A DNA stretch of 64,000 nt, from IMG/VR virus record IMGVR_UViG_3300033049_000066, positions 186,001-250,000 of that record, one strand, 5' to 3'. The notes under the pieces are model-generated. The model worked only from the letters and a program-made list of their open reading frames with translations. It had not been told where the DNA came from and ran no database searches. The number at the start of each line of letters is the position of its first letter. The first letter of the stretch is position 1. This document shows, in pieces, positions 9,294-18,482 of this stretch. The position numbers were made by a program, and so were the translations under genes.

Positions 9294-9322
9294 TTGACAT
9301 CTTGGGCTACTTGTCATATAAT
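9294..9322 (+). promoter_or_regulatory. early promoter
   Basis: TAGAGG-TTGACA, 17 nt, TATAAT. Confidence 0.9.
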
Positions 9323-9351
9323 GTATATAACAGTTAGATAACGAGCAAAGG
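9306..9351 (+). repeat. 46-nt direct repeat, copy 1 (identical to 17805-17850)
   Basis: GCTACTTGTCATATAATGTATATAACAGTTAGATAACGAGCAAAGG. Confidence 0.9.
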
Positions 9352-9359
9352 TAAATACC

Positions 9360-9641
9360 ATGGCTAGAAAGACGTTTAGTATAGAAAGATTCAAATCACT
9401 AGTTAATAATCAGATTCGTAATATGAATGATGCAGATATTGCGGGGCGCGAAGCATTAATCCTTACGATTGAAACAGTATTAATGGAAAGTGACAATTAT
9501 CACGGGTTCCAGTACTTAAATGCTGATGGTATGAAACATTCACGGTTTGGTACAACCGTTGGTATTAACCCGCATGAACCGCATGACAGCTGGGAAGTGA
9601 AGTTTAAGAACGCAGACCGTACTAGAGTAAGATTCCTTTAA
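9360..9641 (+). CDS. hypothetical early protein
   Basis: ORF immediately behind promoter and AAGG SD. Confidence 0.7.
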   Translation: MARKTFSIERFKSLVNNQIRNMNDADIAGREALILTIETVLMESDNYHGFQYLNADGMKHSRFGTTVGINPHEPHDSWEVKFKNADRTRVRFL

Positions 9642-9658
9642 AATAAGTGAAATAGAGG

Positions 9659-9687
9659 TTGACCTTTGGTGTTATATGTCATATAAT
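9659..9687 (+). promoter_or_regulatory. early promoter
   Basis: TAGAGG-TTGACC, 17 nt, TATAAT. Confidence 0.85.
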
Positions 9688-9742
9688 GTATATAACAGTT
9701 AGGAAACAAGCAAAATTAATTTTAAAAAATGTATATTATAGG

Positions 9743-9771
9743 TAGACTTTTAGATTTACCTGTCGTATAAT
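9743..9771 (+). promoter_or_regulatory. second tandem early promoter
   Basis: AGG-TAGACT, 17 nt, TATAAT. Confidence 0.7.
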
Positions 9772-9817
9772 TAGTACACTTAACAGTAACAATTTATTTA
9801 ATAACCGGAGTAGGAAT

Positions 9818-10957
9818 ATGTCAGAACATCGCCAATTAACAGCCAAAGAAGTACGTAATTCAATCATGCGCTGTTTCGCAGTTAAACGTCCAGCATTTAT
9901 TTGGGGTCCACCAGGTATTGGCAAGTCAGAATTAGTTGAAGGTATTTGTACCGAATTAGGTGGCGCTATGTATGATTTGCGTCTGGGCCAAATGGAACCA
10001 ACCGACATTCGTGGTATTCCTTTTTATAACAAAGATGCCGGTATCATGGATTGGGCACAGCCTGTTGATTTACCACAAGGTGAACAATTAGTTATTGACG
10101 CATTGCTTGATAACGTTGGTGAGCACGATGAAACCACTAAAATTAAAGATATGCCGGTTGTAGTGTTGTTTCTTGATGAAATGAACAGTGCTCCACCATC
10201 GGTGCTTGCGGCTGCTTATCAGCTTATCTTAAATCGTCGTATTGGTAAGTACAAACTTCCTGAAAACGTCGTTATTTTAGCTGCTGGTAATCGCGAAAGT
10301 GACAAAGGCGTTACATTCCGTATGCCAACTCCGTTAGCTAACCGTTTTGTCCACTTTGAAATGAAAGTTTCATTCGACGATTGGTTTGAATGGGCAGTTA
10401 AAAATAACATGCACAAGGATGTTGTTGGTTATTTGAACTTTGCCAAGCAAGATCTGTATGATTTTGACGCTAAAAGCTCAAGTCGCGCATTCGCAACACC
10501 ACGCTCTTGGGCATTCGTAAGCGATTTAATCGCAGATGACAGCTTAGATACTCGCACTGTCACTGACTTAGTCGCTGGTACTGTAGGTGAAGGCTTAGCT
10601 GTGAAGTTTGTTGCGCATCGTAAGGTTGCTAGCAAAATGCCTAACCCGAGCGAAATCCTCGAAGGTAAGGTTAAAAAGTTAGAAGTACAGGAAATCTCAG
10701 CAATGTACTCGCTGGTGGTATCTATGTGCTACGAGCTGAAAGCAGCTATCGACAATGGGGTAAAAGACAATGAATTCCACGCCATGGCAGATAACTTCTT
10801 CCGCTTTATGATGGATAACTTCGAAACTGAGCTGGTGGTTATGGGTGCTCGAGTGGCACTTACCACTTATAACTTGCCGATGTTACCTACTAAGCTTAAG
10901 AACTTTGACGAGTTCCACGAGCGTTACGGAAAGTACATCATTAACGCTAGCGACTAA
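9818..10957 (+). CDS. MoxR-like AAA+ ATPase
   Basis: Walker A GPPGIGKS, Walker B LFLDEMN, AAGNR sensor, PLANRF, ATPRSW. Confidence 0.9.
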   Translation: MSEHRQLTAKEVRNSIMRCFAVKRPAFIWGPPGIGKSELVEGICTELGGAMYDLRLGQMEPTDIRGIPFYNKDAGIMDWAQPVDLPQGEQLVIDALLDNVGEHDETTKIKDMPVVVLFLDEMNSAPPSVLAAAYQLILNRRIGKYKLPENVVILAAGNRESDKGVTFRMPTPLANRFVHFEMKVSFDDWFEWAVKNNMHKDVVGYLNFAKQDLYDFDAKSSSRAFATPRSWAFVSDLIADDSLDTRTVTDLVAGTVGEGLAVKFVAHRKVASKMPNPSEILEGKVKKLEVQEISAMYSLVVSMCYELKAAIDNGVKDNEFHAMADNFFRFMMDNFETELVVMGARVALTTYNLPMLPTKLKNFDEFHERYGKYIINASD

Positions 10958-10974
10958 CCGCTAGCCTCAACAAC

Positions 10975-10998
10975 GAAAGCCGGGGAAACCCGGCTTTC
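10975..10998 (+). terminator. strong hairpin, probable intrinsic terminator
   Basis: GAAAGCCGGG-GAAA-CCCGGCTTTC, perfect 10-bp stem after the ATPase stop. Confidence 0.7.
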
Positions 10999-11031
10999 CA
11001 AGTGGAAATTCTTCAACTTACAAGGTGCAAA

Positions 11032-11370
11032 ATGAACAGAGAAGAAACATTTTGGGGATCATATGATGGTCGTGAAATCCTTGTCAAGGACCTCAAAGTA
11101 CGTCACCTTGTTAATATCTTAAATCACATCATAAAATCAAATAAAACAGACCCTACATCGTACTCATTTGCTGTATTTCAGCTAATTGAGGCGGAGGCTG
11201 CTTTAAGAATAATAGGCGGATTTGCTGAAAATAGGGCAATTCCTAGGAAATTACCCAATGGTACGTATGTTCTTACCAACCAAACCACAGCGGAAAAAGC
11301 AATTGAAGACGCTAAAACCGCAACCCATAACCAAAAATTAGCTGAGAAATACGCGAAAATGTTAAATTAG
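11032..11370 (+). CDS. hypothetical protein
   Basis: AAGG SD before ATG 11032. Confidence 0.6.
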   Translation: MNREETFWGSYDGREILVKDLKVRHLVNILNHIIKSNKTDPTSYSFAVFQLIEAEAALRIIGGFAENRAIPRKLPNGTYVLTNQTTAEKAIEDAKTATHNQKLAEKYAKMLN

Positions 11371-11373
11371 AGG

Positions 11374-11402
11374 TTGACCTCTAAGGCTAAATGTCGTATA
11401 AT
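11374..11402 (+). promoter_or_regulatory. early promoter
   Basis: TAGAGG-TTGACC, 17 nt, TATAAT. Confidence 0.9.
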
Positions 11403-11434
11403 AGTTATATAAGTTAATAAACAGGAACAAAATT

Positions 11435-12721
11435 ATGTCAGATCATACTACAGCAAGCAAAGACACAAAAAAAGCACACGGTGACCTATTAGGTCCTACG
11501 GACCCGGCGGTTGATTATGATGCGCGGGAAAAGCTTATTGGCGCTCGTGTGTCGTTGCTGCTAAAACAGGCATTTTTCGGCAACCTAGCTACACGATTAA
11601 AGCTCGTAAATGCTGATGAATGGCTTCCTACGTTAGCCACAGATGGTCGGCACTTTTACTATAACTCACGCTTCGTAAATATGTTGGACCAAAAAGAGAT
11701 GGAATTTGGCTTTGGTCATGAGGTTCTACATTGTGTATATGATCACTTTGGCCGTCGTGATAATCGTGATCCCCAGCTTTGGAACATTGCTAACGACTAT
11801 TGTGTGAATACTGATTTAGTCGATCACAATATTGGTCGCAAAATTACAACTATTGAAATTTTATATGATCGCAAATACAAGGGCATGCCATCTGAGGAAG
11901 TTTACGACCTCCTGAAGGAAAATGCTGAGTACATCGACATGGATGATCTCCTTGACAAAATGTTAGACGAGCATCTCGATGGTGAGGGTGATGGCGAGGG
12001 TGATGGTGATGGTAAGGAAGGTGAGGGCAAAGGTCGTCCGAAGATCACGAAAGCCATGCGCGACGAAATCCGAGATGAATTTAAGGAAGCTGTAATCAAC
12101 GCCGCAAGCAACGAGCCAAATGCAGGCAATATCCCCGGCAATGTTAAAAAAATGCTAAAGGAACTCACCGAGCCGCAGATGGACTGGCGTGAACTGCTTA
12201 ACTTAAATCTTACATCAGCAATTAAAGATGATTATACTTGGATGCGCCCTTCACGCCGAAGCTGGCACATGGATGCAATTATGCCGGGCATGAACCCAGG
12301 TGAGGCTATCGACATTGCTGTTGCTATTGACACATCTGGTTCAATTAGCCATAATATGCTCCGCGACTTCCTTAGTGAAGTGCAAGGTTGTATGGAATCA
12401 TTTACCGCTTACAAGATACATTTATTCTGTTTTGATACTGCTATTCATAATCCAGTACAATTCAATAGTGATAACATCATTACACTCGAAGAGTACGAAA
12501 TGGGTGGCTTTGGTGGTACTGATTTTGAACCAATTTTTGAATACATGAAAGAACATGAAATTGAGCCCGAGCGCCTAATATGTTTTACAGACGGCTATCC
12601 GTTTGGTAGCTGGGGTGATGAGGATTATGTAGATACGCTTTGGGTTATACACGGTAGCACCAGCATTGTTGCACCATTTGGCACCACAGCTTATTATGAC
12701 GAACATAAGAACGATAAGTAA
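11435..12721 (+). CDS. HExxH metallopeptidase-like + vWA protein (DUF2201-type MoxR partner)
   Basis: GHEVLHCVYDH; acidic Gly-rich linker GEGDGEGDGDG; MIDAS-like DTSGS, GGT and TDGY. Confidence 0.88.
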   Translation: MSDHTTASKDTKKAHGDLLGPTDPAVDYDAREKLIGARVSLLLKQAFFGNLATRLKLVNADEWLPTLATDGRHFYYNSRFVNMLDQKEMEFGFGHEVLHCVYDHFGRRDNRDPQLWNIANDYCVNTDLVDHNIGRKITTIEILYDRKYKGMPSEEVYDLLKENAEYIDMDDLLDKMLDEHLDGEGDGEGDGDGKEGEGKGRPKITKAMRDEIRDEFKEAVINAASNEPNAGNIPGNVKKMLKELTEPQMDWRELLNLNLTSAIKDDYTWMRPSRRSWHMDAIMPGMNPGEAIDIAVAIDTSGSISHNMLRDFLSEVQGCMESFTAYKIHLFCFDTAIHNPVQFNSDNIITLEEYEMGGFGGTDFEPIFEYMKEHEIEPERLICFTDGYPFGSWGDEDYVDTLWVIHGSTSIVAPFGTTAYYDEHKNDK

Positions 12722-12844
12722 CCAATGGAAACCTGGACTCAACTTTTTAAACACCTGATCCGCGCGTACCTAGGTCCGAGAAATCGGCAGGGCGCAGGCG
12801 GAAGGATTACAGAATGCTAAGCGGATGGTCCGCGGAGATTTTTC

Positions 12845-13042
12845 ATGAGTAATATCACAGTGCGAACGGATGGCATAATTAATAATCGACTGTCAGATGA
12901 TGAATTTATCGCGATCGTAGAGCAGATCTTCGGCAAGGACTACACGTTGGACGAGTACATTAATATGTACAATGATGCGAAGCGGGCGAAATTCGGCGGT
13001 ATCTCTGTACACCGTGAAAATGAGATTGAAAGACACGCATGA
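12845..13042 (+). CDS. hypothetical protein
   Basis: GGAG SD; ATGA overlap with next gene. Confidence 0.55.
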   Translation: MSNITVRTDGIINNRLSDDEFIAIVEQIFGKDYTLDEYINMYNDAKRAKFGGISVHRENEIERHA

Positions 13043-13314
13043 ACAGTAAGGAAAAAGATTCAATGCGGAGTCGGCGGATCCTTTGGCCGTGTAACGATGG
13101 TACCGCAAATGTATTTGAGTTGCCGGGCAATGACATGGTATTTAAAAAGATACTGCGAGAGTGGCTTGCTACGCACAGCACCGGTAGATTTTATCTTGGG
13201 CACAATGTTTTATGTTTATACAGTCGCAAGGACGCGACCGCATTCAAGATGTTTGACGTTATTGCAAAGTGTAAGGTCGAATATGAACTAAAGAAAATAA
13301 GTGTTCCGTCATGA
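13039..13314 (+). CDS. small paralogue 1 (W..GRF..D..F family)
   Basis: EWLATHSTGRFY..KDATAFKM. Confidence 0.65.
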   Translation: MNSKEKDSMRSRRILWPCNDGTANVFELPGNDMVFKKILREWLATHSTGRFYLGHNVLCLYSRKDATAFKMFDVIAKCKVEYELKKISVPS

Positions 13315-13547
13315 TTTCAGGGGCTTTAACAAAAAGTGTGGAATTTCGGATTGCCGGGCGACGACTGTGGATAACAAACCAGTATAATATGAAATTAATT
13401 ACGATTCAAAGGCGGTATTCTCGCACTGAGATATTGACATGGCTAGACAAGTATACAACAGGTCGGTTTTCCCTTAGCAGCACTCAAATTGCATTTGAAA
13501 ACGAAGCAGATGAACTTATATTTAAACTAGGATTTGACAATGTTTAG
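13311..13547 (+). CDS. small paralogue 2
   Basis: TWLDKYTTGRFS..FENEADELIFKL. Confidence 0.65.
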   Translation: MISGALTKSVEFRIAGRRLWITNQYNMKLITIQRRYSRTEILTWLDKYTTGRFSLSSTQIAFENEADELIFKLGFDNV

Positions 13548-13773
13548 GCCACTTTCTTGCAAGGTTGAAGATGAGATCGCCCGTAGATGGCTAGTTGACC
13601 CCATTGAGGACGGGCAGGATTATCCAGTACGAATTCCAGATAATATGACCCGCGCGGAGGTCGTTGCAAAAATTCACAAATTTACAACCGGTCGGTTTTA
13701 TACCGAGGGCAATATCATACAGTTTGCCAAAGAGCAAGATTGCGTCATATTTAAATTGTGCGCAGGCACATAA
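13534..13773 (+). CDS. small paralogue 3
   Basis: KFTTGRFY..FAKEQDCVIFKL. Confidence 0.65.
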   Translation: MTMFRPLSCKVEDEIARRWLVDPIEDGQDYPVRIPDNMTRAEVVAKIHKFTTGRFYTEGNIIQFAKEQDCVIFKLCAGT

Positions 13774-13776
13774 GAT

Positions 13777-14010
13777 ATGCGAACATACGATTTCGAAGAT
13801 TTTAGTTCCAACTGTATCCAGGTGAGATTTACCTACCCAGTAGACATGATAGCCTCACTAGATGCGATGAATGGAACTACAACTGATAAGAGAAAAGACA
13901 TCGAGCTGTGGCTTGCTGAGAACTGTAACGGATTGTATCTCGTCATGTTTACGGTGGTAATTTTCGAGGAAGATGCTGATGCGATTATATTTAATTTAAA
14001 ATACGGGTAG
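13777..14010 (+). CDS. small paralogue 4
   Basis: LWLAENCNGLY..FEEDADAIIFNLKYG. Confidence 0.65.
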   Translation: MRTYDFEDFSSNCIQVRFTYPVDMIASLDAMNGTTTDKRKDIELWLAENCNGLYLVMFTVVIFEEDADAIIFNLKYG

Positions 14011-14015
14011 GCATT

Positions 14016-14282
14016 ATGAATGTAAAAGACATCAATCCAATGGACTGGCACAATACAAAGCAACTAAATTTTATTCCAGCACACTTCACGCAATTCACTT
14101 TTAATCACAATGAGGAGCGCCTAAGAGTCTTAGCATGGGCTGAGCAAAATATCGCTGGGCGATTTGCCATTGAGGCCATTGTCGACTCTAATAAAACGAT
14201 GCACTGGCTAGTGGATTTTAAATATCGTATCGGGTTTGAGAATCCTGCGGATGCTACAATGTACGCGATGTTTTTTAAATAA
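14016..14282 (+). CDS. small paralogue 5
   Basis: AWAEQNIAGRFA..FENPADATMYAMFF. Confidence 0.65.
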   Translation: MNVKDINPMDWHNTKQLNFIPAHFTQFTFNHNEERLRVLAWAEQNIAGRFAIEAIVDSNKTMHWLVDFKYRIGFENPADATMYAMFFK

Positions 14283-14357
14283 AACGGTTATTGAAATTCT
14301 GCGGTGAGCTGTGCAGTGGTTAAATACTGTAACATTTACATACAGAGGAATTAATAA

Positions 14358-14738
14358 ATGACTAAAAAAACAGACGAAGTAATTGCCGAAGTAGTTGACG
14401 AAACTCCTAAAGTTTCTAATGCTGCGCCCGCAGGTGTACCATCACTTTCAATACAGGATCTCGAAAATCTGCGCAATATCATTGATGTCGCGTCCAAGCG
14501 TGGCGTATTTAAGACAGAAGAATTTACAATTGTTGGCGATGCCTACGCTAAATTAGCCGCTTTTATCACGGCCATTAAACCAGCACCAGCGGCACAAGCA
14601 GAAGCGCCAGCAGCACCAGCAGAAGCTGCGCCTACGCCGCCGCCTGGAAGAACAATAAAAGAGGGTGAGCAGCCACCAATCGCACCGGCCGCGCCTGTTA
14701 TGAATACACCAATCGCACCAGCTGCGAACGCGGAATAA
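14358..14738 (+). CDS. hypothetical protein with Pro/Ala-rich tail
   Basis: GAGGA SD; TAAATA at 14321-14326 upstream. Confidence 0.75.
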   Translation: MTKKTDEVIAEVVDETPKVSNAAPAGVPSLSIQDLENLRNIIDVASKRGVFKTEEFTIVGDAYAKLAAFITAIKPAPAAQAEAPAAPAEAAPTPPPGRTIKEGEQPPIAPAAPVMNTPIAPAANAE

Positions 14739-14750
14739 GGAGATACAATT

Positions 14751-15380
14751 ATGGCATTTATGAAACATATCGGCAAGCATGGTGATCGCAGTGTCGCGAT
14801 CATGTTCCGCACGGTCCCGGACGAAACTCACATGGCCCTGGTAATTTACCCGGATACACTAAAACGTGAAATACACGACGCGGTGATGAAAGTTATAGAA
14901 AGTGAGACCGCACAGAGTGAGAATTCTCTCGCAGACGTGATGGGCAGAAGTTTGATGCCGGATGGTCGCCCCATGTTGCAATCGTTGCACGTTGAGGGCA
15001 AGTTAAAAAAAGTACAAACGAATCAGATTGTCATCACTCCCAACGCCTCGTCGCACGTACGCTTAGACGAGCTGAACAAAATCTTTGATGGCATGGAAGC
15101 TGGTGGTGACGCCGCTAAAAAGCTCGCAGAGGTTGACGCGAACGCTGGGCTCGTGGATCCGGCAGAGGCAAAACGCAATGCCGTGACGATCGAAGCGGCT
15201 GGTGATGGCGCACTGGATGATGGTGAGCTCGGCTCGGATATGTTGGACCAGTCCAAGCGGATGGCCGCTGAGGGCGCTTCGTTGGTCGCTGAGAGTAAGA
15301 ATCTTGAAAAAGAAGCTTACAAGCTAAATCCAAAATTGAAGCCAAAGCGTGTCGCAAAGAAAAAAGCAGCCAGTAAATAA
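14751..15380 (+). CDS. hypothetical protein with basic C-terminus
   Basis: AAGGAG SD; 209-aa ORF. Confidence 0.8.
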   Translation: MAFMKHIGKHGDRSVAIMFRTVPDETHMALVIYPDTLKREIHDAVMKVIESETAQSENSLADVMGRSLMPDGRPMLQSLHVEGKLKKVQTNQIVITPNASSHVRLDELNKIFDGMEAGGDAAKKLAEVDANAGLVDPAEAKRNAVTIEAAGDGALDDGELGSDMLDQSKRMAAEGASLVAESKNLEKEAYKLNPKLKPKRVAKKKAASK

Positions 15381-15389
15381 TCCTGGCTG

Positions 15390-15716
15390 ATGAAATCTGA
15401 ACTGAGTGACAAAGAAAGATTAGACGGGTGGGAAACATTAATTAATTCGATTGAGAAGACAGATATTCCGATGGAATTTATTCGTAATATCAGTATAATG
15501 TTTCACGCCCCGGTTGAGAATGACAATGAACAAGATATCAACATTCAACAGTTTCGAAAAGACGGTTTTGACGATAATGGGCTTGAAGAGATTGTAGCCG
15601 AGGTTTTTAAAGAGCACGACAATAATATTAAAGCCGTACATTTTTATTTAGACGTTGAGCATGTTGCGAACGAAGTGCAAGCGCAAACTAACCAATTACT
15701 AAGAGGATTACGATGA
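15390..15716 (+). CDS. acidic hypothetical protein
   Basis: ORF overlapping the DHFR start (ATGA). Confidence 0.7.
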   Translation: MKSELSDKERLDGWETLINSIEKTDIPMEFIRNISIMFHAPVENDNEQDINIQQFRKDGFDDNGLEEIVAEVFKEHDNNIKAVHFYLDVEHVANEVQAQTNQLLRGLR

Positions 15717-16174
15717 AATTAATATTAGCATGTGAGAGAAATGGTGGTATCGGGCACCGAAGCTCGATGCCGTGGCCCAAGCAAGACAAAGACCTAGCAA
15801 GATTTAAAGAACTTACACTTGGTACAACAATTCTGATGGGACGTGGGACCTGGGAAGCAAAAGGCATGCCTAAGCCGTTGCCCGATAGAAAAAACATCGT
15901 TGCCAGTAGTACCGACCTTGATTTGCCAACAGGTGTCGAGCAAATTAAAAATCTAAGTGGTGTGGATCTTTCGCACGTTGACTGGTGCATTGGTGGCGCG
16001 ATCCTTGTAAAATTACTATGGGATCAATTCACAGAAATACACCTAACCCGCATCTTTGGCGAATACGAATGTGATACAAAAATAAATCTCGAGCTTCTTG
16101 AGCGAGATTTTTATAGTTTGCGATCACAACTGTCACTAACACATACCTATGAAATTTGGCGGCGGCGAGATTGA
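15713..16174 (+). CDS. folA: dihydrofolate reductase
   Basis: GGIG..MPW, DLARFKELT, ILMGRGTW, PLPDRKNIV, IGGA. Confidence 0.92.
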   Translation: MKLILACERNGGIGHRSSMPWPKQDKDLARFKELTLGTTILMGRGTWEAKGMPKPLPDRKNIVASSTDLDLPTGVEQIKNLSGVDLSHVDWCIGGAILVKLLWDQFTEIHLTRIFGEYECDTKINLELLERDFYSLRSQLSLTHTYEIWRRRD

Positions 16175-16680
16175 AAGTAACCGAGGTTGAGTCCGTTCAA
16201 AAAAGTATCATTCCTCTTGACAAGATTGATATAAATAGTGGCCGTAAAATAGGAATAGTTGACAATTTCGACCTTGTAAAAAGTGAACTTAGTGATTCAA
16301 CAGTGTACTTTTTAATTGATGGTGAAAATATAATTGGAGCCGTTATTACTAAAATAGTAGAAACTCCAAGGCTTGAGACATACTTGCAAACGGTTCGTGT
16401 ATATATAACGCAAGAGCATCGTGGAAAAAATCTAGCAATTAAAATGTATTATTATATCAAGCATTTTGAAGATATGAATTTAATGAGCGACATTCAGCAG
16501 ACATCGGAAGGTGAAAAATTATGGCAAGCATTAGACTCAAAATTTGATGTAGGCGTAATGGACACTAATACTGGTGAGGTTGTCTCTAGTAATATAAAAG
16601 ATGCCTACAAAAAAGATTCACTAGTTTTAGTTACAGAAACTAAATTCAATTCACTAATCCGAGACAACCTGAAATTTTAG
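16171..16680 (+). CDS. GNAT-like acetyltransferase-fold protein
   Basis: VRVYITQEHRGKNLA resembles GNAT motif A; probable TTG start overlapping the DHFR stop. Confidence 0.55.
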   Translation: MKVTEVESVQKSIIPLDKIDINSGRKIGIVDNFDLVKSELSDSTVYFLIDGENIIGAVITKIVETPRLETYLQTVRVYITQEHRGKNLAIKMYYYIKHFEDMNLMSDIQQTSEGEKLWQALDSKFDVGVMDTNTGEVVSSNIKDAYKKDSLVLVTETKFNSLIRDNLKF

Positions 16681-16687
16681 AGGCAAT

Positions 16688-17578
16688 ATGAAACAATATT
16701 TACAAGATCTTAAAAATATCATCGAGCACGGACAAGAGCGGATCAACAGGACCGGCACTGACACTGTGCAACTCTTCGGCATGCAGACTCGGTATGATCT
16801 ACAGGCTGGTTTTCCCGCGCTGACTACAAAAAGATTGGCGTGGAAATCCGTCGTATCTGAATTGTTGTGGTTCCTTGAGGGCAGTGGAGATGAGCGGCGC
16901 CTGTGTGAAATTCTACACGGCAGTACTAGCGCTGAGAAAAAAACTATTTGGACCGCAAATGCCGAGGCTGGGTATTGGAAACATAAGGCAAAATTTACTG
17001 GTGATCTCGGGCGAGTGTACGGGGTGCAATGGCGGCACTGGCAATCGTTTGACAGCCTCACTCCTGATCACGAAGGTGGGCTCATGTCGGGTCGGATCAC
17101 AGAAGTTGATCAAATCGCGAATTTGGTGAGAAACATTAAGAATGATCCATTTGGTCGGAGGCATTTGCTCACAGCATGGAATCCCGGCGAACTCGACAAC
17201 ATGGCGCTACCTCCGTGTCACTTGCTGGCGCAATTCAACGTCACAGCGGATGGTAATCTTGATTGCCAAATGTACCAGCGTAGTGCAGATTTCCCCCTTG
17301 GTGTTCCCTTCAATATCGCCTCGTACGCGCTGCTTACGCACATGTTGGCGCAGGTTTGCGGGCTCGGGGTGGGCGATTTTGTACACGTTGTCGGGGATGC
17401 GCACATCTATAAGAATCAGATTAGCACCGCAGAAGAACAGATTTTGCGTGAGCCGCTAGAATTACCAGAGCTTTGGTTGAACCCTGATATTACAGATATT
17501 GATGATTTTAGCACAGCTGACATAAAATTACTCAATTATCGGCATCATCCTAAGCTGAATTACCCATTCTCTGTATAA
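16688..17578 (+). CDS. thyA: thymidylate synthase
   Basis: RTGT, ELLWFL, GRVYGVQWR, ALPPCH, YQRSAD..LGVPFNIASY, GDAHIY. Confidence 0.97.
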   Translation: MKQYLQDLKNIIEHGQERINRTGTDTVQLFGMQTRYDLQAGFPALTTKRLAWKSVVSELLWFLEGSGDERRLCEILHGSTSAEKKTIWTANAEAGYWKHKAKFTGDLGRVYGVQWRHWQSFDSLTPDHEGGLMSGRITEVDQIANLVRNIKNDPFGRRHLLTAWNPGELDNMALPPCHLLAQFNVTADGNLDCQMYQRSADFPLGVPFNIASYALLTHMLAQVCGLGVGDFVHVVGDAHIYKNQISTAEEQILREPLELPELWLNPDITDIDDFSTADIKLLNYRHHPKLNYPFSV

Positions 17579-17604
17579 TTTAATAATTCCCTGTGTAGCA
17601 TTCG

Positions 17605-17645
17605 TGCCTTTGTAAGTCTTTGATTTATAAGGGCATTTTTGTTTT
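17605..17645 (+). terminator. intrinsic terminator after thyA
   Basis: 12-bp stem (17605-17616 with 17624-17635, three G-U pairs) followed by TTTTTGTTTTT. Confidence 0.7.
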
Positions 17646-17792
17646 TGCTAGGTGAGGATATAATGCGCTAAGTCTATGAAAAGGTTAAGAATACTGGTTC
17701 TTAGCGGCGTTTTTAAACGACATTCACGTATCAGTACCAGCAAATCATAGTAAAAGAACCCTAAAATAATTACAAATAACCGCAAATAGAGG

Positions 17793-17821
17793 TTGACCTT
17801 TGGCGCTACTTGTCATATAAT
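17793..17821 (+). promoter_or_regulatory. early promoter
   Basis: TAGAGG-TTGACC, 17 nt, TATAAT. Confidence 0.9.
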
Positions 17822-17850
17822 GTATATAACAGTTAGATAACGAGCAAAGG
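17805..17850 (+). repeat. 46-nt direct repeat, copy 2
   Basis: Identical to 9306-9351. Confidence 0.9.
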
Positions 17851-17856
17851 AAGATT

Positions 17857-18102
17857 ATGTCAAAAGAACAAGGTATCGTAGTCGCATCAAGCGCACAGAT
17901 TCACACCGCACTGCGGGCTGAACTGCGCCAGCTGCATGGCACCGGTATAGCTAGAAACTTCGACAGTCTTGCCCATGCCATGGACGAGATGAACATGTGG
18001 AATTATGCGTTTAACCAAGCAAAGGTTGTAGCACAACTTCACGCTTTTTCTTGTCGGGATAGCGCGATAATTCATAAATACACGTTCGGAGATACAAAAT
18101 AA
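17857..18102 (+). CDS. hypothetical early protein
   Basis: First ORF after promoter, AAGG SD. Confidence 0.65.
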   Translation: MSKEQGIVVASSAQIHTALRAELRQLHGTGIARNFDSLAHAMDEMNMWNYAFNQAKVVAQLHAFSCRDSAIIHKYTFGDTK

Positions 18103-18482
18103 TGACGCACCAAACACAAGAAGATCCAATAATTAAATTGATTGATCACGAACTAGGCAAGCTAAATACAATCCTTGAGCTAAAGACACAGTCGATGGAT
18201 TTTGCTGCGGATGCTCAGGCTCGGCACAGAGAGGCGGTGCTTTCGTATTATTACATAACTTTCAAAGATCTTGTACATGGCCCTAGTGGGCTAGCGAGGC
18301 TAAAGAAGGAATTTAGCGACAAGCAGTTTCGCAAAGAAGTGTATAAGTGGGCACTAATGTTGATGCGAGAGGCTCATATAAAATTACTGCTCGCAAAAAA
18401 CATCAATCCATCAGTTTCTGGGTCAAGGCAGGCGCAGAGCGATATTGCAGTTGCTATTATCAACGCTTTTAAAAAATTATGA
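18102..18482 (+). CDS. hypothetical protein
   Basis: TAATG overlap, GGAG SD. Confidence 0.65.
   Translation: MTHQTQEDPIIKLIDHELGKLNTILELKTQSMDFAADAQARHREAVLSYYYITFKDLVHGPSGLARLKKEFSDKQFRKEVYKWALMLMREAHIKLLLAKNINPSVSGSRQAQSDIAVAIINAFKKL

Noticed and set aside
11980-12030. GGTGAGGGTGATGGC-type repeats as a DNA element
   Set aside because: Explained by the Gly/Asp/Glu linker of the vWA protein
12725-12820. 31-codon ORF METWTQLFKH... after the vWA gene
   Set aside because: Short, no clear SD, no recognisable motif; not supportable
16688-17578. T4 td-like group I intron in thyA
   Set aside because: The ORF is continuous with all motifs in order
9306-17850. 46-nt identical repeats as a CRISPR or attachment site
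   Set aside because: Only dispersed copies with no spacer periodicity; they coincide with promoter -10 plus RBS
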